DNA of 64,000 nt from Mycobacteriales bacterium (GCA_013362805.1 JABFVL010000049.1:692-64691), one strand, 5' to 3'; shown: positions 27,415 through 37,882, numbered from the stretch's first letter. Notes: generated by a model from the sequence alone, not told the origin. Numbers and translations are program-made.

Positions 27415-28200
27415 GTGAGTAAGCGCGAGGAGCGCAAGAGCTCTGACGGTTTCCCGGCTCGTAACAGTCGCCCAGCGCGCAACAGCACCACCCCAAGCCC
27501 TGCCAAAAAAGGCAAGGGCAACATTGGTGTGCGCTCACCAGCTGCCGTGTTCACCCCGATTTCCGCCGCTGAATCTCAGCTAGCCGGGCTAACGAGCCGC
27601 CAACAACGCATCTTGTCAGTGATCCGCGACTCTTTGAACGAGCGCGGATATCCGCCCAGCGTGCGAGAAATCGGAGAAGCGGTCGGCCTAGCCTCACCAT
27701 CGAGCGTCGCTTACCAACTGACCGCACTACAGAAAAAAGGATTTCTGCGTCGAGATCCCAATCGTCCCCGTGCCGTAGATGTGCGCACCGCCGACTACGA
27801 CAACGGCAATGACGTTCCGCGACCCACCCCCGCGCTAGTTCCCCTTGTCGGGCGGATCGCGGCCGGGGCTCCGATCCTGGCTGAGGAATCTGTAGAAGAA
27901 GTGCTCCCGCTCCCCCGCGAGCTGGTGGGTGAGGGCAGTCTTTTCTCACTGAAGGTCGTCGGAGATTCCATGATCAACGCGGCGATTTGCGATGGAGACT
28001 GGGTTGTCGTGCGCCAGCAGCCCGTCGCCGAAAACGGCGATATTGTCGCGGCCATGATTGATGGCGAAGCCACGGTTAAATCATTCAAGAAGCAAGACAA
28101 ACATGTGTGGCTCGTTCCCGCCAACGACGCGTACGAACCTATCCCCGGCGAAGAAGCCACAATCCTGGGCAAAGTTGTCTCAGTGTTGCGCAGGCTCTAA
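27415..28200 (+). CDS. lexA: LexA repressor
   Basis: GTG at 27415 follows GGAGGA. The protein has a wHTH ([24 protein letters not shown]), a cleavage/peptidase domain ([19 protein letters not shown]) and a basic N-terminal extension. Confidence 0.95.
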   Translation: MSKREERKSSDGFPARNSRPARNSTTPSPAKKGKGNIGVRSPAAVFTPISAAESQLAGLTSRQQRILSVIRDSLNERGYPPSVREIGEAVGLASPSSVAYQLTALQKKGFLRRDPNRPRAVDVRTADYDNGNDVPRPTPALVPLVGRIAAGAPILAEESVEEVLPLPRELVGEGSLFSLKVVGDSMINAAICDGDWVVVRQQPVAENGDIVAAMIDGEATVKSFKKQDKHVWLVPANDAYEPIPGEEATILGKVVSVLRRL

Positions 28201-28216
28201 CGCCTGCACAACTCTC

Positions 28217-29854
28217 CTAACCGCCGTACACCGTTCCCGGGGGTCGACCCTGGTCACGGTTGTCAGGCTTTCCCCCATAGACCGCGCCACCCCGACGATC
28301 GGGCTGGCGAGTGGAGCCTTGCGGGCGTCGATTGGGGTTCGGCGGGAGCGACATTTGCGGCTGGCCGCCATAGACAGCACCTTCCCCACTCCTGCGGGGG
28401 CGAGACTCAGGCTCGGGTGGCCAACCAGCTCGATCGTCACGCTCACGTGCCCCATGGCCTCGGTCCAGCTCGAGATCCAAATCGCGCGGCGGCCGAGGAC
28501 CCCGCTCGATTTCTCGCATTGGACGACCGCGTTCCAACTGGGCAGGCGTGCCATACACGCGCCCGGCTTCAGGAGTGCGCGGCGGCGGCCGATCATCAAG
28601 TTCATCATCCCGGCTGGCATTGTCCTCGCCGGTCATTCCGCTTTTAACCCGTCGACGATGACGAATGATTCCGTATATGCCACCAGCCAGAAGAATTAAA
28701 CCAACAGCTCCGACACAGTAAATGCCGTACATGACCTGGTCCAAGGTGACGTCCTTGTACCAAGGGCCGCTGTCACCCTTTTTCGCCGCACTACCGGACT
28801 TGCTGTCAGAGCCAGGAGGGGCTGCGGGCGCCCACTGCAGAAGCGGGGGGTCAGCGCCCTCTGTTGTTGTGATGAAGTTTTTTCCATCCGCGCTGTACGT
28901 GATCGCTTCACCCTGCGGCTCATTTGGCAGTGGCGTGCGCCGGGGCTCGCTGGATGTGATGGCGGTAGCGATGTCGCCGTTGGGAACATCCCACTCGTAG
29001 GCGTCGGTGTACGTGCGCAGAGCCACTTTTTTTCCGTCGGGCGAGACCGCGCCGCCAGTAATTGTCACCTGCGCGACCTCGCCGATCCCGACAGCGTCAC
29101 CACCGGGCGTGCCGGTGCCGGTGAACGTGACTGAACCGGCTGAACGCATTCTGGTGATGTCTGTGGTGTCCGCTGTGAGTTCTTTACTTCCGACATATAT
29201 TTGCGAGACCCCAGTGGCATCTTTAGTTACCACGATGGGGGTATTGCCTTGCATGAGAAGCGCTTCGGCGTCTCGCGCCCCTTCAGGGTAGGTAAGCCGA
29301 TGCAATACAGGATCTTTGCCGGGCGCGATCCGCCATACCGCGGCCCGCGGTCGGCTCGCGTCATTGTCGCCGATATCGGCGATCCAGATGGTGCCGTCGG
29401 AGGTGCGGGCGAGATCTTCTGGGTCTAGCGGGTCAAAGTCGCTACCGGTCCAGTTTTGAACATCGGTAACTTCACACTTCTCATCGAGTTCAAACACTCG
29501 CAGTGAATCGGCATTGGATTCACCCGTGTCGTTGATCGCTAGAAAACCGGAGTCGGTGGCAGCCAAGCCGCTAATTTCGCCCAGACGCTCATCGCTGGCC
29601 GTGCACAGCGTGGTCGGACCCGATTCTTCTGGGGCGGCGTGAGCAGCGGGTTGTGCTTGCAACGTGCCGCAGATAAATGCGAGCACAACACTGAGCGCAC
29701 CAGCCGCGCAGTGGGGAAACGCCCGAAGTAGTCGCACGTAGGACAGTGTGACAGACACCCGCAGCCCATGCGGTGAGACACCAGGCTTCACAAAACCGGG
29801 ATCAATTCCCCCAGATAACCACGCTTGACCCAAGCGCTTTATCACTTTATGCAC
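28217..29854 (-). CDS. single-pass membrane protein: secreted beta-propeller-like domain plus charged cytoplasmic tail with GxVYGG repeats
   Basis: 545 aa. The order is signal-like segment, ~330-aa Thr/Gly/Asp-rich ectodomain, TM (YGIYCVGAVGLILLAGGIYGII), then an Arg/Asp/Pro-rich tail containing GRVYGT, GAVYGG, GAVYGG and GTVYGG. The start is uncertain. Confidence 0.6.
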   Translation of the reverse strand: MHKVIKRLGQAWLSGGIDPGFVKPGVSPHGLRVSVTLSYVRLLRAFPHCAAGALSVVLAFICGTLQAQPAAHAAPEESGPTTLCTASDERLGEISGLAATDSGFLAINDTGESNADSLRVFELDEKCEVTDVQNWTGSDFDPLDPEDLARTSDGTIWIADIGDNDASRPRAAVWRIAPGKDPVLHRLTYPEGARDAEALLMQGNTPIVVTKDATGVSQIYVGSKELTADTTDITRMRSAGSVTFTGTGTPGGDAVGIGEVAQVTITGGAVSPDGKKVALRTYTDAYEWDVPNGDIATAITSSEPRRTPLPNEPQGEAITYSADGKNFITTTEGADPPLLQWAPAAPPGSDSKSGSAAKKGDSGPWYKDVTLDQVMYGIYCVGAVGLILLAGGIYGIIRHRRRVKSGMTGEDNASRDDELDDRPPPRTPEAGRVYGTPAQLERGRPMREIERGPRPPRDLDLELDRGHGARERDDRAGWPPEPESRPRRSGEGAVYGGQPQMSLPPNPNRRPQGSTRQPDRRGGAVYGGKPDNRDQGRPPGTVYGG

Positions 29855-29875
29855 TTTTGGCCAGCTTCCTGAAAA

Positions 29876-31312
29876 TTAACGCTGGTAACTAACAAGCTCC
29901 GCCGCAAGATCCGCCGAGACATGCGCCTCTACCCACGTGCCCTCAGCATCATGCCGCACCGACTGCACACGCCCCTGTTCATGGATGCGCGCCACCAGTT
30001 CACCCCGTTCATACGGCAGGCACACAATCACTTTGATCTCTGGGTCGGGCAAACGTTCGGAAATGATGGCCCGCAGTTCGTCAATGCCATCGCCAGTACG
30101 GGCGGAAACGAACACGGCATCGGGAAGCGCTTGCCGCAAACCTTGCAAAGTTTCGGTGGTGGCCGCGTCGATCTTGTTCACCACCAAGAGCTCAGGAACC
30201 GTATCGGCGTCAATCTCGGCTAGCACCTCACGAACCGCGGTGATCTGTGACAACGGATCGGCATGCTCCCCATCGATCACGTGCACGATCAGATCGGCAT
30301 CAGAAACCTCTTCCAAGGTCGACCGAAATGCTTCCACCAACTGGTGCGGCAGGTGGCGAACAAATCCAACCGTGTCAGCCAAGGTGTATTCACGACCATC
30401 CGCGGTGCGCGTTCGACGCACTGTTGGATCAAGAGTCGCGAACAATGCGTCTTGCACCAACACCCCTGCACCGGTAAGCCGGTTCAACAAACTCGACTTA
30501 CCCGCGTTCGTGTATCCGGCGATTGCCACCGAGGGCACCGCACCGCTACGCCGCTGATGACGTTGAGTGGAACGCGCCACCGCCATCGCCGCGATTTCAC
30601 GTTTCAGCTTGCTAATTTGAGTCCGAATACGGCGGCGATCTAGCTCGATTTTTGTTTCACCCGGGCCACGACCACCCATGCCCGCGCCACCGGCTACTCG
30701 GCCACCTACCTGCCGAGACAGGGATTCCCCCCAACCACGCAGCCGGGGCAAAAGGTATCGAAGTTGCGCGAGCTCCACCTGCGCTTTGCCTTCTTTACTC
30801 CGAGCATGTTGGGCAAAGATGTCCAAAATGACCGCAGTCCGGTCGATCACCTTGACCTTTGTGACCTGCTCAAGCTGTCGCAGCTGCCCCGGAGATAGCT
30901 CTCCGTCACATATGACGGTATCTGCACCCAAAGTCGCAACAATCTCGGCGAGAGCAGCCGCTTTTCCTGAACCAATATAGGTAGCGGGGTCAGGCTTATC
31001 GCGACGCTGCACCACTCCATCTAGAACTTGCGCCCCAGCGGTTTCGGCCAATGCCGCCAGCTCGGTCAGTGACTGTTCCGCTTCAGCTGCGGTGCCAGAA
31101 GTCCACACCCCCACAAGCACCACGCGTTCCAGGCGCAGTTGGCGATATTCAACCTCGGTGATGTCCGCGAGTTCGGTGGACAGACCAGCGACACGGCGAA
31201 GGGCTTGACGCTCGGCAAGGTCCAGCTGGTCGCCATCTATTTGCTCTTCGAATTCAGCGGAAAAATCAATCGGCACTGCCCTATCCTGCTCGCATTCCGA
31301 CCCAGCTGGCAA
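29876..31312 (-). CDS. hflX: GTPase HflX
   Basis: 478 aa with G1 motif GYTNAGKSSLLN, G3 motif DTVGF and the HflX N-terminal domain. Confidence 0.95.
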   Translation of the reverse strand: MPAGSECEQDRAVPIDFSAEFEEQIDGDQLDLAERQALRRVAGLSTELADITEVEYRQLRLERVVLVGVWTSGTAAEAEQSLTELAALAETAGAQVLDGVVQRRDKPDPATYIGSGKAAALAEIVATLGADTVICDGELSPGQLRQLEQVTKVKVIDRTAVILDIFAQHARSKEGKAQVELAQLRYLLPRLRGWGESLSRQVGGRVAGGAGMGGRGPGETKIELDRRRIRTQISKLKREIAAMAVARSTQRHQRRSGAVPSVAIAGYTNAGKSSLLNRLTGAGVLVQDALFATLDPTVRRTRTADGREYTLADTVGFVRHLPHQLVEAFRSTLEEVSDADLIVHVIDGEHADPLSQITAVREVLAEIDADTVPELLVVNKIDAATTETLQGLRQALPDAVFVSARTGDGIDELRAIISERLPDPEIKVIVCLPYERGELVARIHEQGRVQSVRHDAEGTWVEAHVSADLAAELVSYQR

Positions 31313-31400
31313 CTTTATATCTGTGAGTTGTCGCTCATCGATGTGGCGGCGTGGGGCGCTTGACTACCGTCCATCGCTTCGCATTTGTAAGGATGAGTTC

Positions 31401-32810
31401 ATGCCTACCAGAATGCCAAGTGCCGGATTTTCGATCACCGTTCGAATGGCGGTCCCCGCAGATCCCGCGGCAGTTGGCACGTTGACCACTGCTGTCGGCC
31501 AAGCGGGCGCGGTTGTGACCGCCTTGGACGTGGTGGATTCTGACCCCTCCCGCACTGTCGTGGACCTAACGTGTGACACCGTCGATGCAGCACACGCGGA
31601 ACGGGTCACCGAAGTACTGCGGCAACTCCCCGATATCGAAGTTCGTAAAGTCTCCGACCGCACTTTCCTGCTCCACCTCGGCGGAAAAATCGAGGTGACC
31701 TCCAAGGTTGCGCTACGCAACCGCGATGAACTTTCACGCGCCTACACGCCCGGTGTTGCTCGCGTCTGCCAAGCGATCGCCGAAAACCCGGACAATGCGC
31801 GCCGCCTGACGATCAAGCGCAACACGGTGGCAGTGGTCAGCGATGGATCAGCTGTTTTGGGTCTGGGCAATCTTGGGCCCGCGGCCGCTTTGCCAGTCAT
31901 GGAAGGAAAAGCGGCTCTGTTCAAGCGCTTCGCCGGCGTAGATGCCTGGCCAGTGGTGCTCGACACTCAGGACACCGACGAAATCGTGTCCATCGTCCGC
32001 GCGTTGGCGCCGGCATACGGCGGGATCAACTTGGAAGATATTGCCGCCCCACGCTGCTTCGAGATCGAGGCACGGTTGCGCGCGGAACTCGATATACCGG
32101 TCTTTCACGACGACCAACATGGCACGGCCATTGTCGTACTCGCGGCGCTGCGAAACGCCCTGCGTGTGGTGGGTAAAGAGCTAAGCGCGGTGCGAGTAGT
32201 GGTCTCCGGGGCGGGCGCCGCCGGAACCGCCATCATCAAGCTGCTGTTGGCGCAAGGCGTCGGGGATGTGCTCGCCTATGACCGCCTTGGGGTTTTGCAC
32301 GCAGGTATGGATTCGTTGAACCCGTCGATGCGGTGGCTGGCGGAGAACACGAACGCCACCAATATCTCGGGCGACTTGCCAACGGCGGTGCGCGGTGCGG
32401 ATGTGTTTATCGGGGTGAGCGCCCCGAATTTGCTCACAGGCGATGACATCGCGGCGATGGCGCCCGAGGCAATCGTATTCGCACTGGCTAACCCTGACCC
32501 TGAGGTTGATCCCGCTGCGGCCCGTCAGCACGCCGCGATCGTGGCAACCGGCCGGTCAGATGAGCCAAACCAGATCAATAACGTGCTCGCCTTCCCCGGC
32601 GTGTTTCGGGGCATGCTCGACGCCAACGCACGCGAATTCACTCCCGCCATGGCCCTCGCCGCCGCCAACGCGATCGCGGACGCCGTTGGCCCCGACAAGA
32701 TCAACCCCACCGTGATCGTGCCGAGCGTTTTCGACCCACACGTTGCCCCAGCCGTTGCGCAAGCCGTGGCTAATGCCGCCGGGCCCACCCACAAAGACTC
32801 CGAGCTCTAA
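31401..32810 (+). CDS. NAD(P)-dependent malic enzyme with N-terminal ACT-like domain
   Basis: ATG at 31401 follows AAGGATGAG. Motifs are [31 protein letters not shown] and [13 protein letters not shown]. Confidence 0.9.
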   Translation: MPTRMPSAGFSITVRMAVPADPAAVGTLTTAVGQAGAVVTALDVVDSDPSRTVVDLTCDTVDAAHAERVTEVLRQLPDIEVRKVSDRTFLLHLGGKIEVTSKVALRNRDELSRAYTPGVARVCQAIAENPDNARRLTIKRNTVAVVSDGSAVLGLGNLGPAAALPVMEGKAALFKRFAGVDAWPVVLDTQDTDEIVSIVRALAPAYGGINLEDIAAPRCFEIEARLRAELDIPVFHDDQHGTAIVVLAALRNALRVVGKELSAVRVVVSGAGAAGTAIIKLLLAQGVGDVLAYDRLGVLHAGMDSLNPSMRWLAENTNATNISGDLPTAVRGADVFIGVSAPNLLTGDDIAAMAPEAIVFALANPDPEVDPAAARQHAAIVATGRSDEPNQINNVLAFPGVFRGMLDANAREFTPAMALAAANAIADAVGPDKINPTVIVPSVFDPHVAPAVAQAVANAAGPTHKDSEL

Positions 32811-34321
32811 CGGCGCCGCCCGCGCTGCGCGCGTCTTCGTTGCTGCCCATTCACGTGGCGCCGGATCTCGTCGAGTCCAGGCGCCCGCGGCACGCTATCG
32901 GTCGTACAAGCGGCGGGCACGCCATCCCAGTTCGCTCTCACTTCGATGGTCTTCATCGCCCGGAGCCGTTCCCATTCCTCGGAACTCTCCAGCAGATGCA
33001 CGAAGAGCTTTTTCCGTGCCACATCCGCGAGAGGAATTTTTCTCGCTTCAATGCCTCTGGCGGTTTCCACGAGCTCAGCCAGCGGGCGCTCCGCCTCGGG
33101 CACTGAAGAAGATGAATCAATCTGGACTCGAACAGTACGGATCTGGGGTTCCTTGGCAAGTTGCAATGCGGCTTCTGCGATCAGCCCAGCCGCACCCGAC
33201 TCGGTGCATTGCAACAGCACGGACGTGGCATTCGGCGCAAGCGCGATAACTTCGCGGATCTGCTCGACACTTTCGGGGACGCCGTAGAACCTCGCGGTGC
33301 CTTGCGTGAAATCAGCCAACGGCCTGCGATCGTATGTCGCTTGAGCGCGACGCGGCGAAAACTCATCATCAAAGGCGCACACGTCGATTGCGACTTCGTG
33401 AGCATCACCAAATGCGCCGCTGGCCAAGGCGTAACTCCCACTTGGGTTCACAACTAGAGGAACCACACTGGTGGGCAGCACCGGATTACCACCATGGGGC
33501 GAGGCCATCCACAATTCGCCAAGCTCATCGGCATGTGCCCGCCCAACTGGGTCTTCGCTGCGTGACCACCTCCCGCGCAGCTGACCAAGGTTCAGCCGGT
33601 TAAGTGCGACATCTGGTTGATACGTGCGGGTATGCCGAGCGCTTTGCATGGCTTGACGCAAATGCACCCCAGAGATTGAAGTTTCTCGACCGTCAATCGC
33701 CACTCGCCCGGACTCTCCAGGAGCGAAAAAGGATGAGAAAAATCCCGTGGTGTATGGCATCACCAGGCAGTGGGGACGAAAGGTCTGGGGATCTAACGGA
33801 TCTATAACCGCCATGAACTCTTCTTGGGCTGGCCCGCCGTCTCGCCCTCCAAGCAACGGCACAGCCAATACGGTGGGGCGCGGAGGTTCCAACTCAGACG
33901 ACGGCTCGGCACCGTCAGTAACGACCTGCGCCAAGATGCGTTCAAGCTCGCGTTCGATCTCCGGCAACCTCGCTTTAAGGCTCGCGATATCAAGTTCGCC
34001 AAGAGAGGTCGCGGGGTTCAGCACGATAGTCGGCTCGTCAAAGGTAACGTCAGCCAAGCGCGCCAGTTCTTCGCCCTGCTTGTGGAATTCTTCGAACGAG
34101 ACTTCGTTGCCATCTCGGTAAGGCAGAAAAGGCACGGGAGCGATCACAATTTGGGTGGCCTCGGCGGCGCTAGCGCCATAGCAAAAGGCGAGCACTTCTT
34201 TTTGCTCACCGGCGGTGAGCATCCGCGCCCTTCCGACAATCTCCGGGGGCGTTTGGCGATCGAATCGCGCCGCGACGGGATCGAATCGGGGCATATGAAC
34301 ATCGCCCCATTCATCAGGCAT
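32807..34321 (-). CDS. hypothetical protein (504 aa, no family recognised)
   Basis: A long ORF with protein-like composition. ATG at 34321 overlaps the dapF stop by 8 nt (ATGCCTGA). Its stop interlocks with the malic enzyme stop (CTAA at 32807-32810). The C-terminal tail is basic ([12 protein letters not shown]). Confidence 0.6.
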   Translation of the reverse strand: MPDEWGDVHMPRFDPVAARFDRQTPPEIVGRARMLTAGEQKEVLAFCYGASAAEATQIVIAPVPFLPYRDGNEVSFEEFHKQGEELARLADVTFDEPTIVLNPATSLGELDIASLKARLPEIERELERILAQVVTDGAEPSSELEPPRPTVLAVPLLGGRDGGPAQEEFMAVIDPLDPQTFRPHCLVMPYTTGFFSSFFAPGESGRVAIDGRETSISGVHLRQAMQSARHTRTYQPDVALNRLNLGQLRGRWSRSEDPVGRAHADELGELWMASPHGGNPVLPTSVVPLVVNPSGSYALASGAFGDAHEVAIDVCAFDDEFSPRRAQATYDRRPLADFTQGTARFYGVPESVEQIREVIALAPNATSVLLQCTESGAAGLIAEAALQLAKEPQIRTVRVQIDSSSSVPEAERPLAELVETARGIEARKIPLADVARKKLFVHLLESSEEWERLRAMKTIEVRANWDGVPAACTTDSVPRAPGLDEIRRHVNGQQRRRAQRGRRR

Positions 34322-35126
34322 CCTGGGAGCCTCGCCATTGTCCCGTGGCGATAAGCACCGCAGGGCCAGAAAGTTGGCAGCTCACTCCATCGCTGCTCAC
34401 TCCCAACGTGCCCCCCGGCACGTGCACGGTGACCGAGCCGGGCTTGTTGCCCAGCACCCAGGCACCTACCGCAGTGGCCCCCGTGCCGCATGAACGAGTT
34501 TCGCCGCTGCCACGCTCAAATACCCGCATCCGCACCTCAGTTGGGCTTATCACGTTGACGAATTCGACGTTCGCGCCGTGCGGAAAAATCTCAGCGTCCA
34601 ATGGCGGCGCCACGGTGAGGTCAAGGACATCCACCGGAACATCGGTGACGCACACCAAATGAGCGTTGCCGGTGAAAACCGCATTGCCGGGAAAAACTGT
34701 TCCGCTCACAGCTGTGGACGTGGCGGAACCAAAGGTCGCCTCGCCGATGTCAACGGAAATGACATCCTCGGACATTCGCACCTGCTTGACGCCTGCCCTA
34801 GTGGCGATCGAAAACTCCGGTGTCGACTCCCAGCCCTGCTCGAATAGGTAACGTGCGAAAACCCGTGAGCCATTGCCACACATTTCCCCAATGGAGCCAT
34901 CAGAGTTGTAGTAGTCCATGAACCACTTGGCGGCATGCACCTGTTCAGCGGCCTCCGGCTCACGTTCGGCCGGCACTACCCGGATCACACCGTCGGCGCC
35001 GATTCCCGCCCGCCGATGGCACAGCGCTTTTACGAGCTCCGCGTCCAGCTTGATTTCACCGTCTGGGTCCGGCAGCAACACAAAATCGTTCTCGGTGCCA
35101 TGGCCTTTAACAAATCGCAGTGTCAC
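34314..35126 (-). CDS. dapF: diaminopimelate epimerase
   Basis: 270 aa with two catalytic Cys motifs, EMCGNGSR and RSCGTGATA. Confidence 0.95.
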   Translation of the reverse strand: MTLRFVKGHGTENDFVLLPDPDGEIKLDAELVKALCHRRAGIGADGVIRVVPAEREPEAAEQVHAAKWFMDYYNSDGSIGEMCGNGSRVFARYLFEQGWESTPEFSIATRAGVKQVRMSEDVISVDIGEATFGSATSTAVSGTVFPGNAVFTGNAHLVCVTDVPVDVLDLTVAPPLDAEIFPHGANVEFVNVISPTEVRMRVFERGSGETRSCGTGATAVGAWVLGNKPGSVTVHVPGGTLGVSSDGVSCQLSGPAVLIATGQWRGSQDA

Positions 35127-35130
35127 GCCT

Positions 35131-36060
35131 CTAGCTTAAAGGTTGATGTGAAATCACTTCTGACACAACGTCCTGCCCGGCATCAAACCAGGTGATGCGT
35201 TTTTCTCGCCTAAACCACGAGCGTTGTCGACGCACGAACCGCCGAGTTTGCTGCTGCGTGATTTCCACCGCTTGGTCAGCGGACAACTCGCCATCGAACA
35301 TCCGAAGAATATGGGAATATCCAATAGCTCGGCTAGCTGTGACGCCCTCGCGCAGCCCGTGTTTGTCCAGCTCTCGAACTTCCTCCACCCACCCGGCGTC
35401 CCACATGCGCTCGACTCGAGCATTGATCCGCGCGTCCAGATCTGGGGTGGGCAGATCGATGCCGATGTATGTGGCGTTATAGAGGGGCACGGGCTCGGGC
35501 ATGGTGGACTGAAAACGGCCAGTGAGCTCGATGACTTCCAAAGCGCGCACAATGCGTCGACCATTTGAGGGCAAAATGCCCGATGCTGCGGCTGGGTCTT
35601 TAGCGGCAAGTTCAGCGTGCAAAACCGCTGGTCCCCGCTCAGCTAACGCGGCTTCCCATCGCATCCGCACCTCTGGGTCAGTTTTTGGAAACTCCAAGTG
35701 ATCCAACGCGGCCCTCACATATAGGCCTGATCCACCGACGACCACCGCCTTTTTGCCGTGCGCCAACAACGAGTCGATGACCGCCCGAGATTTCTCTTGG
35801 TATTCGGCGACACTGGCTGGCTCACGCACGCCCCACAGATCGAAAACATGGTGTGGAATGCCACCCCAGGCGGCTTGTGGGAGTTTCGCGGTGCCAATAT
35901 CCATACCCCGATACAGCTGCATAGCATCGGCGTTTATTACTTCGCCGTCATAATGTTGAGCTAGCGCGATCGCCAAATCGGATTTTCCCGTCGCGGTTGG
36001 CCCCACCACGACGAGCACCGATGAGTTACGCATCTGGGGTGAATCGCCCGCACTTGCCAC
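35131..36060 (-). CDS. miaA: tRNA dimethylallyltransferase
   Basis: 309 aa with P-loop GPTATGKS and an IPP transferase fold sequence. Confidence 0.95.
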   Translation of the reverse strand: MASAGDSPQMRNSSVLVVVGPTATGKSDLAIALAQHYDGEVINADAMQLYRGMDIGTAKLPQAAWGGIPHHVFDLWGVREPASVAEYQEKSRAVIDSLLAHGKKAVVVGGSGLYVRAALDHLEFPKTDPEVRMRWEAALAERGPAVLHAELAAKDPAAASGILPSNGRRIVRALEVIELTGRFQSTMPEPVPLYNATYIGIDLPTPDLDARINARVERMWDAGWVEEVRELDKHGLREGVTASRAIGYSHILRMFDGELSADQAVEITQQQTRRFVRRQRSWFRREKRITWFDAGQDVVSEVISHQPLS

Positions 36061-36196
36061 CTAGGCAGCGTATCTTTCAAGGAAAGCAACCCTTGCACCG
36101 CCAGGCAAGTGCAGCCCTCACTATGCAACCTAGGGTTGAGCCTGTGACAATAACCCTCAACAGCGCACACCACGTGGGGAGTGGACTCCGAACGCC

Positions 36197-37417
36197 ATGA
36201 ACGACACCGGCCGTACTACCGAAACCTTCGGACGAATCGACACCGACGGCACCGTATATGTGCGCACCAGCACCGGAGAACGGGCCGTAGGATCCTGGCA
36301 AGCTGGCACAGCCGAAGAGGGTCTTGCCCACTTCACTCGGCGATACGACGACCTAGCCACCGAAGTCGGGTTGCTGGAATCACGTCTTGGCACCGGTGCC
36401 GCGGACCCGCAAGCAACACTTGCCTCCGCAGAACGCTTGTTGGAAAGCCTAGACACCGCCTCAGTCGTCGGCGATCTAGACGCATTGGGCGCAAAACTAC
36501 GGACCATCATCTCAGCGGCCCAAGCCGGCGCGGAGAAAGCCAAAGCCGCGCGTCTTGCCGCTCGGGAAAAGGCTGTCGAGCGCAAGAAAGGTTTGGCTGC
36601 CGAAGCCGAACAAATCGCCGCCGAAAGCACCCAATGGAAAGCCGCCGGCGACCGCCTCCGCGAAATTTTGACCGAGTGGAAGACTATCAAGGGCGTTGAC
36701 CGAAAAACCGATGCTGAACTGTGGCGACGCTATGCCGCAGCGCGTGACGGCTTCAGTAAACGACGGGGCGGTCACTTCGCCACCTTGGATGCCGCCCGCA
36801 AAGAAGCGCAAGGGCGCAAAGAAGAACTGATCGCTGAAGCTACCCAACTTGCCAGCTCCACTGACTGGAAGCCGACGGCGAACAAACTCAAGTCGTTGAT
36901 GGCCGAGTGGAAGACACTGCCTCGTGCTTCTCGTGAGGCCGAGGACCGACTCTGGAAGCAATTCCGAGCGGCGATGGATGAGTTTTTCCAGGCTCGGGAT
37001 GCTGTCTTCGCCGAACGTGATGCCGAGTTCGTAGAAAACCAGAAGCTCAAAGAAGCCCTGCTCGACTCTGCGGAAACACTCGACGTTTCAGATCCCAAGG
37101 TGGCTCAAGCCCGCCTTCGCGAGTTGCAGACTCGATGGGATTCCATCGGTCGTGTCCCTCGTGAGGCAATGGCCCCTCTGGATAGGCGTCTACGCGCTAT
37201 CGAAGATCGGGTTCGGTCGGCTGTTGACGCGCAATGGCAGAAAGCGGCCATCGCGAGCAACCCACTGCTTGCGCAGATGCGGGAGCAGGTGGCAAAGGCA
37301 GAGCAACAGCTAGAGCGAGCCCAGGCTAGTGGCGATGCCAGGCGAATCGCACAAGCCTCTGAAGCGCTCGAAGGGAAACGCAAGTTCCTCGAGCTAGCTG
37401 AGGGCGCGGCTTCTTAA
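36197..37417 (+). CDS. DUF349 repeat protein
   Basis: 406-aa Ala/Arg/Glu-rich protein with repeated W(K/D)...LW(K/R)(R/Q)F/Y units (EWKTIKGVDRKTDAELWRRY, EWKTLPRASREAEDRLWKQF). Confidence 0.85.
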   Translation: MNDTGRTTETFGRIDTDGTVYVRTSTGERAVGSWQAGTAEEGLAHFTRRYDDLATEVGLLESRLGTGAADPQATLASAERLLESLDTASVVGDLDALGAKLRTIISAAQAGAEKAKAARLAAREKAVERKKGLAAEAEQIAAESTQWKAAGDRLREILTEWKTIKGVDRKTDAELWRRYAAARDGFSKRRGGHFATLDAARKEAQGRKEELIAEATQLASSTDWKPTANKLKSLMAEWKTLPRASREAEDRLWKQFRAAMDEFFQARDAVFAERDAEFVENQKLKEALLDSAETLDVSDPKVAQARLRELQTRWDSIGRVPREAMAPLDRRLRAIEDRVRSAVDAQWQKAAIASNPLLAQMREQVAKAEQQLERAQASGDARRIAQASEALEGKRKFLELAEGAAS

Positions 37418-37549
37418 CTAGCACCACGGACCACACGTGCCTCACCAGTGTAAACAATTGTGCTTACATAAAAAATATGCGCGAATAGCACTCCCTTTTC
37501 TGGGTATATATGTCGCATGATTGGACATACCTGACCAGAGGAGGTCACA

Positions 37550-37828
37550 GTGATTGGCGCAATTATCTGGGCGCTCGTCACCGGTACTGTGCTCGGCATC
37601 ATCGGCCGACTAATCGTGCCGGGACGACAGAACATCCCGTGGTGGGCCACCATTGGTGCCGGTATCGTCGCCGCTCTTGTGGGCGGATGGATCGCCGACT
37701 GGATTGGTGTCGGTGACACAGATGGTGTGGACTGGATCAAGCACGGGATTCAAGTGTTGATGGCAGCCGTCGTGATCGCCCTCGTAGCGGGCTTCATGGG
37801 CGGAAGTCGACAAATGGGCCGAAGGTAA
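37550..37828 (+). CDS. GlsB/YeaQ/YmgE family stress-response membrane protein
   Basis: 92 aa (VIGAIIWALVTGTVLGIIGRLIVPGRQNIPWWATIGAGIVAALVGGWIA). The RBS is GAGGAGG. Confidence 0.85.
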   Translation: MIGAIIWALVTGTVLGIIGRLIVPGRQNIPWWATIGAGIVAALVGGWIADWIGVGDTDGVDWIKHGIQVLMAAVVIALVAGFMGGSRQMGRR

Positions 37829-37831
37829 AAC

Positions 37832-37880
37832 TCACATGTGAGGGGCCGCGGAATTCACATCCGCGGCCCCTCACATGTGA
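37832..37880. terminator. bidirectional terminator hairpin (perfect 20-bp stem)
   Basis: TCACATGTGAGGGGCCGCGG (37832-37851) pairs with CCGCGGCCCCTCACATGTGA (37861-37880) around a 9-nt loop. It lies between the convergent glsB-like and miaB stops. Confidence 0.8.
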
Positions 37881-37882
37881 AA

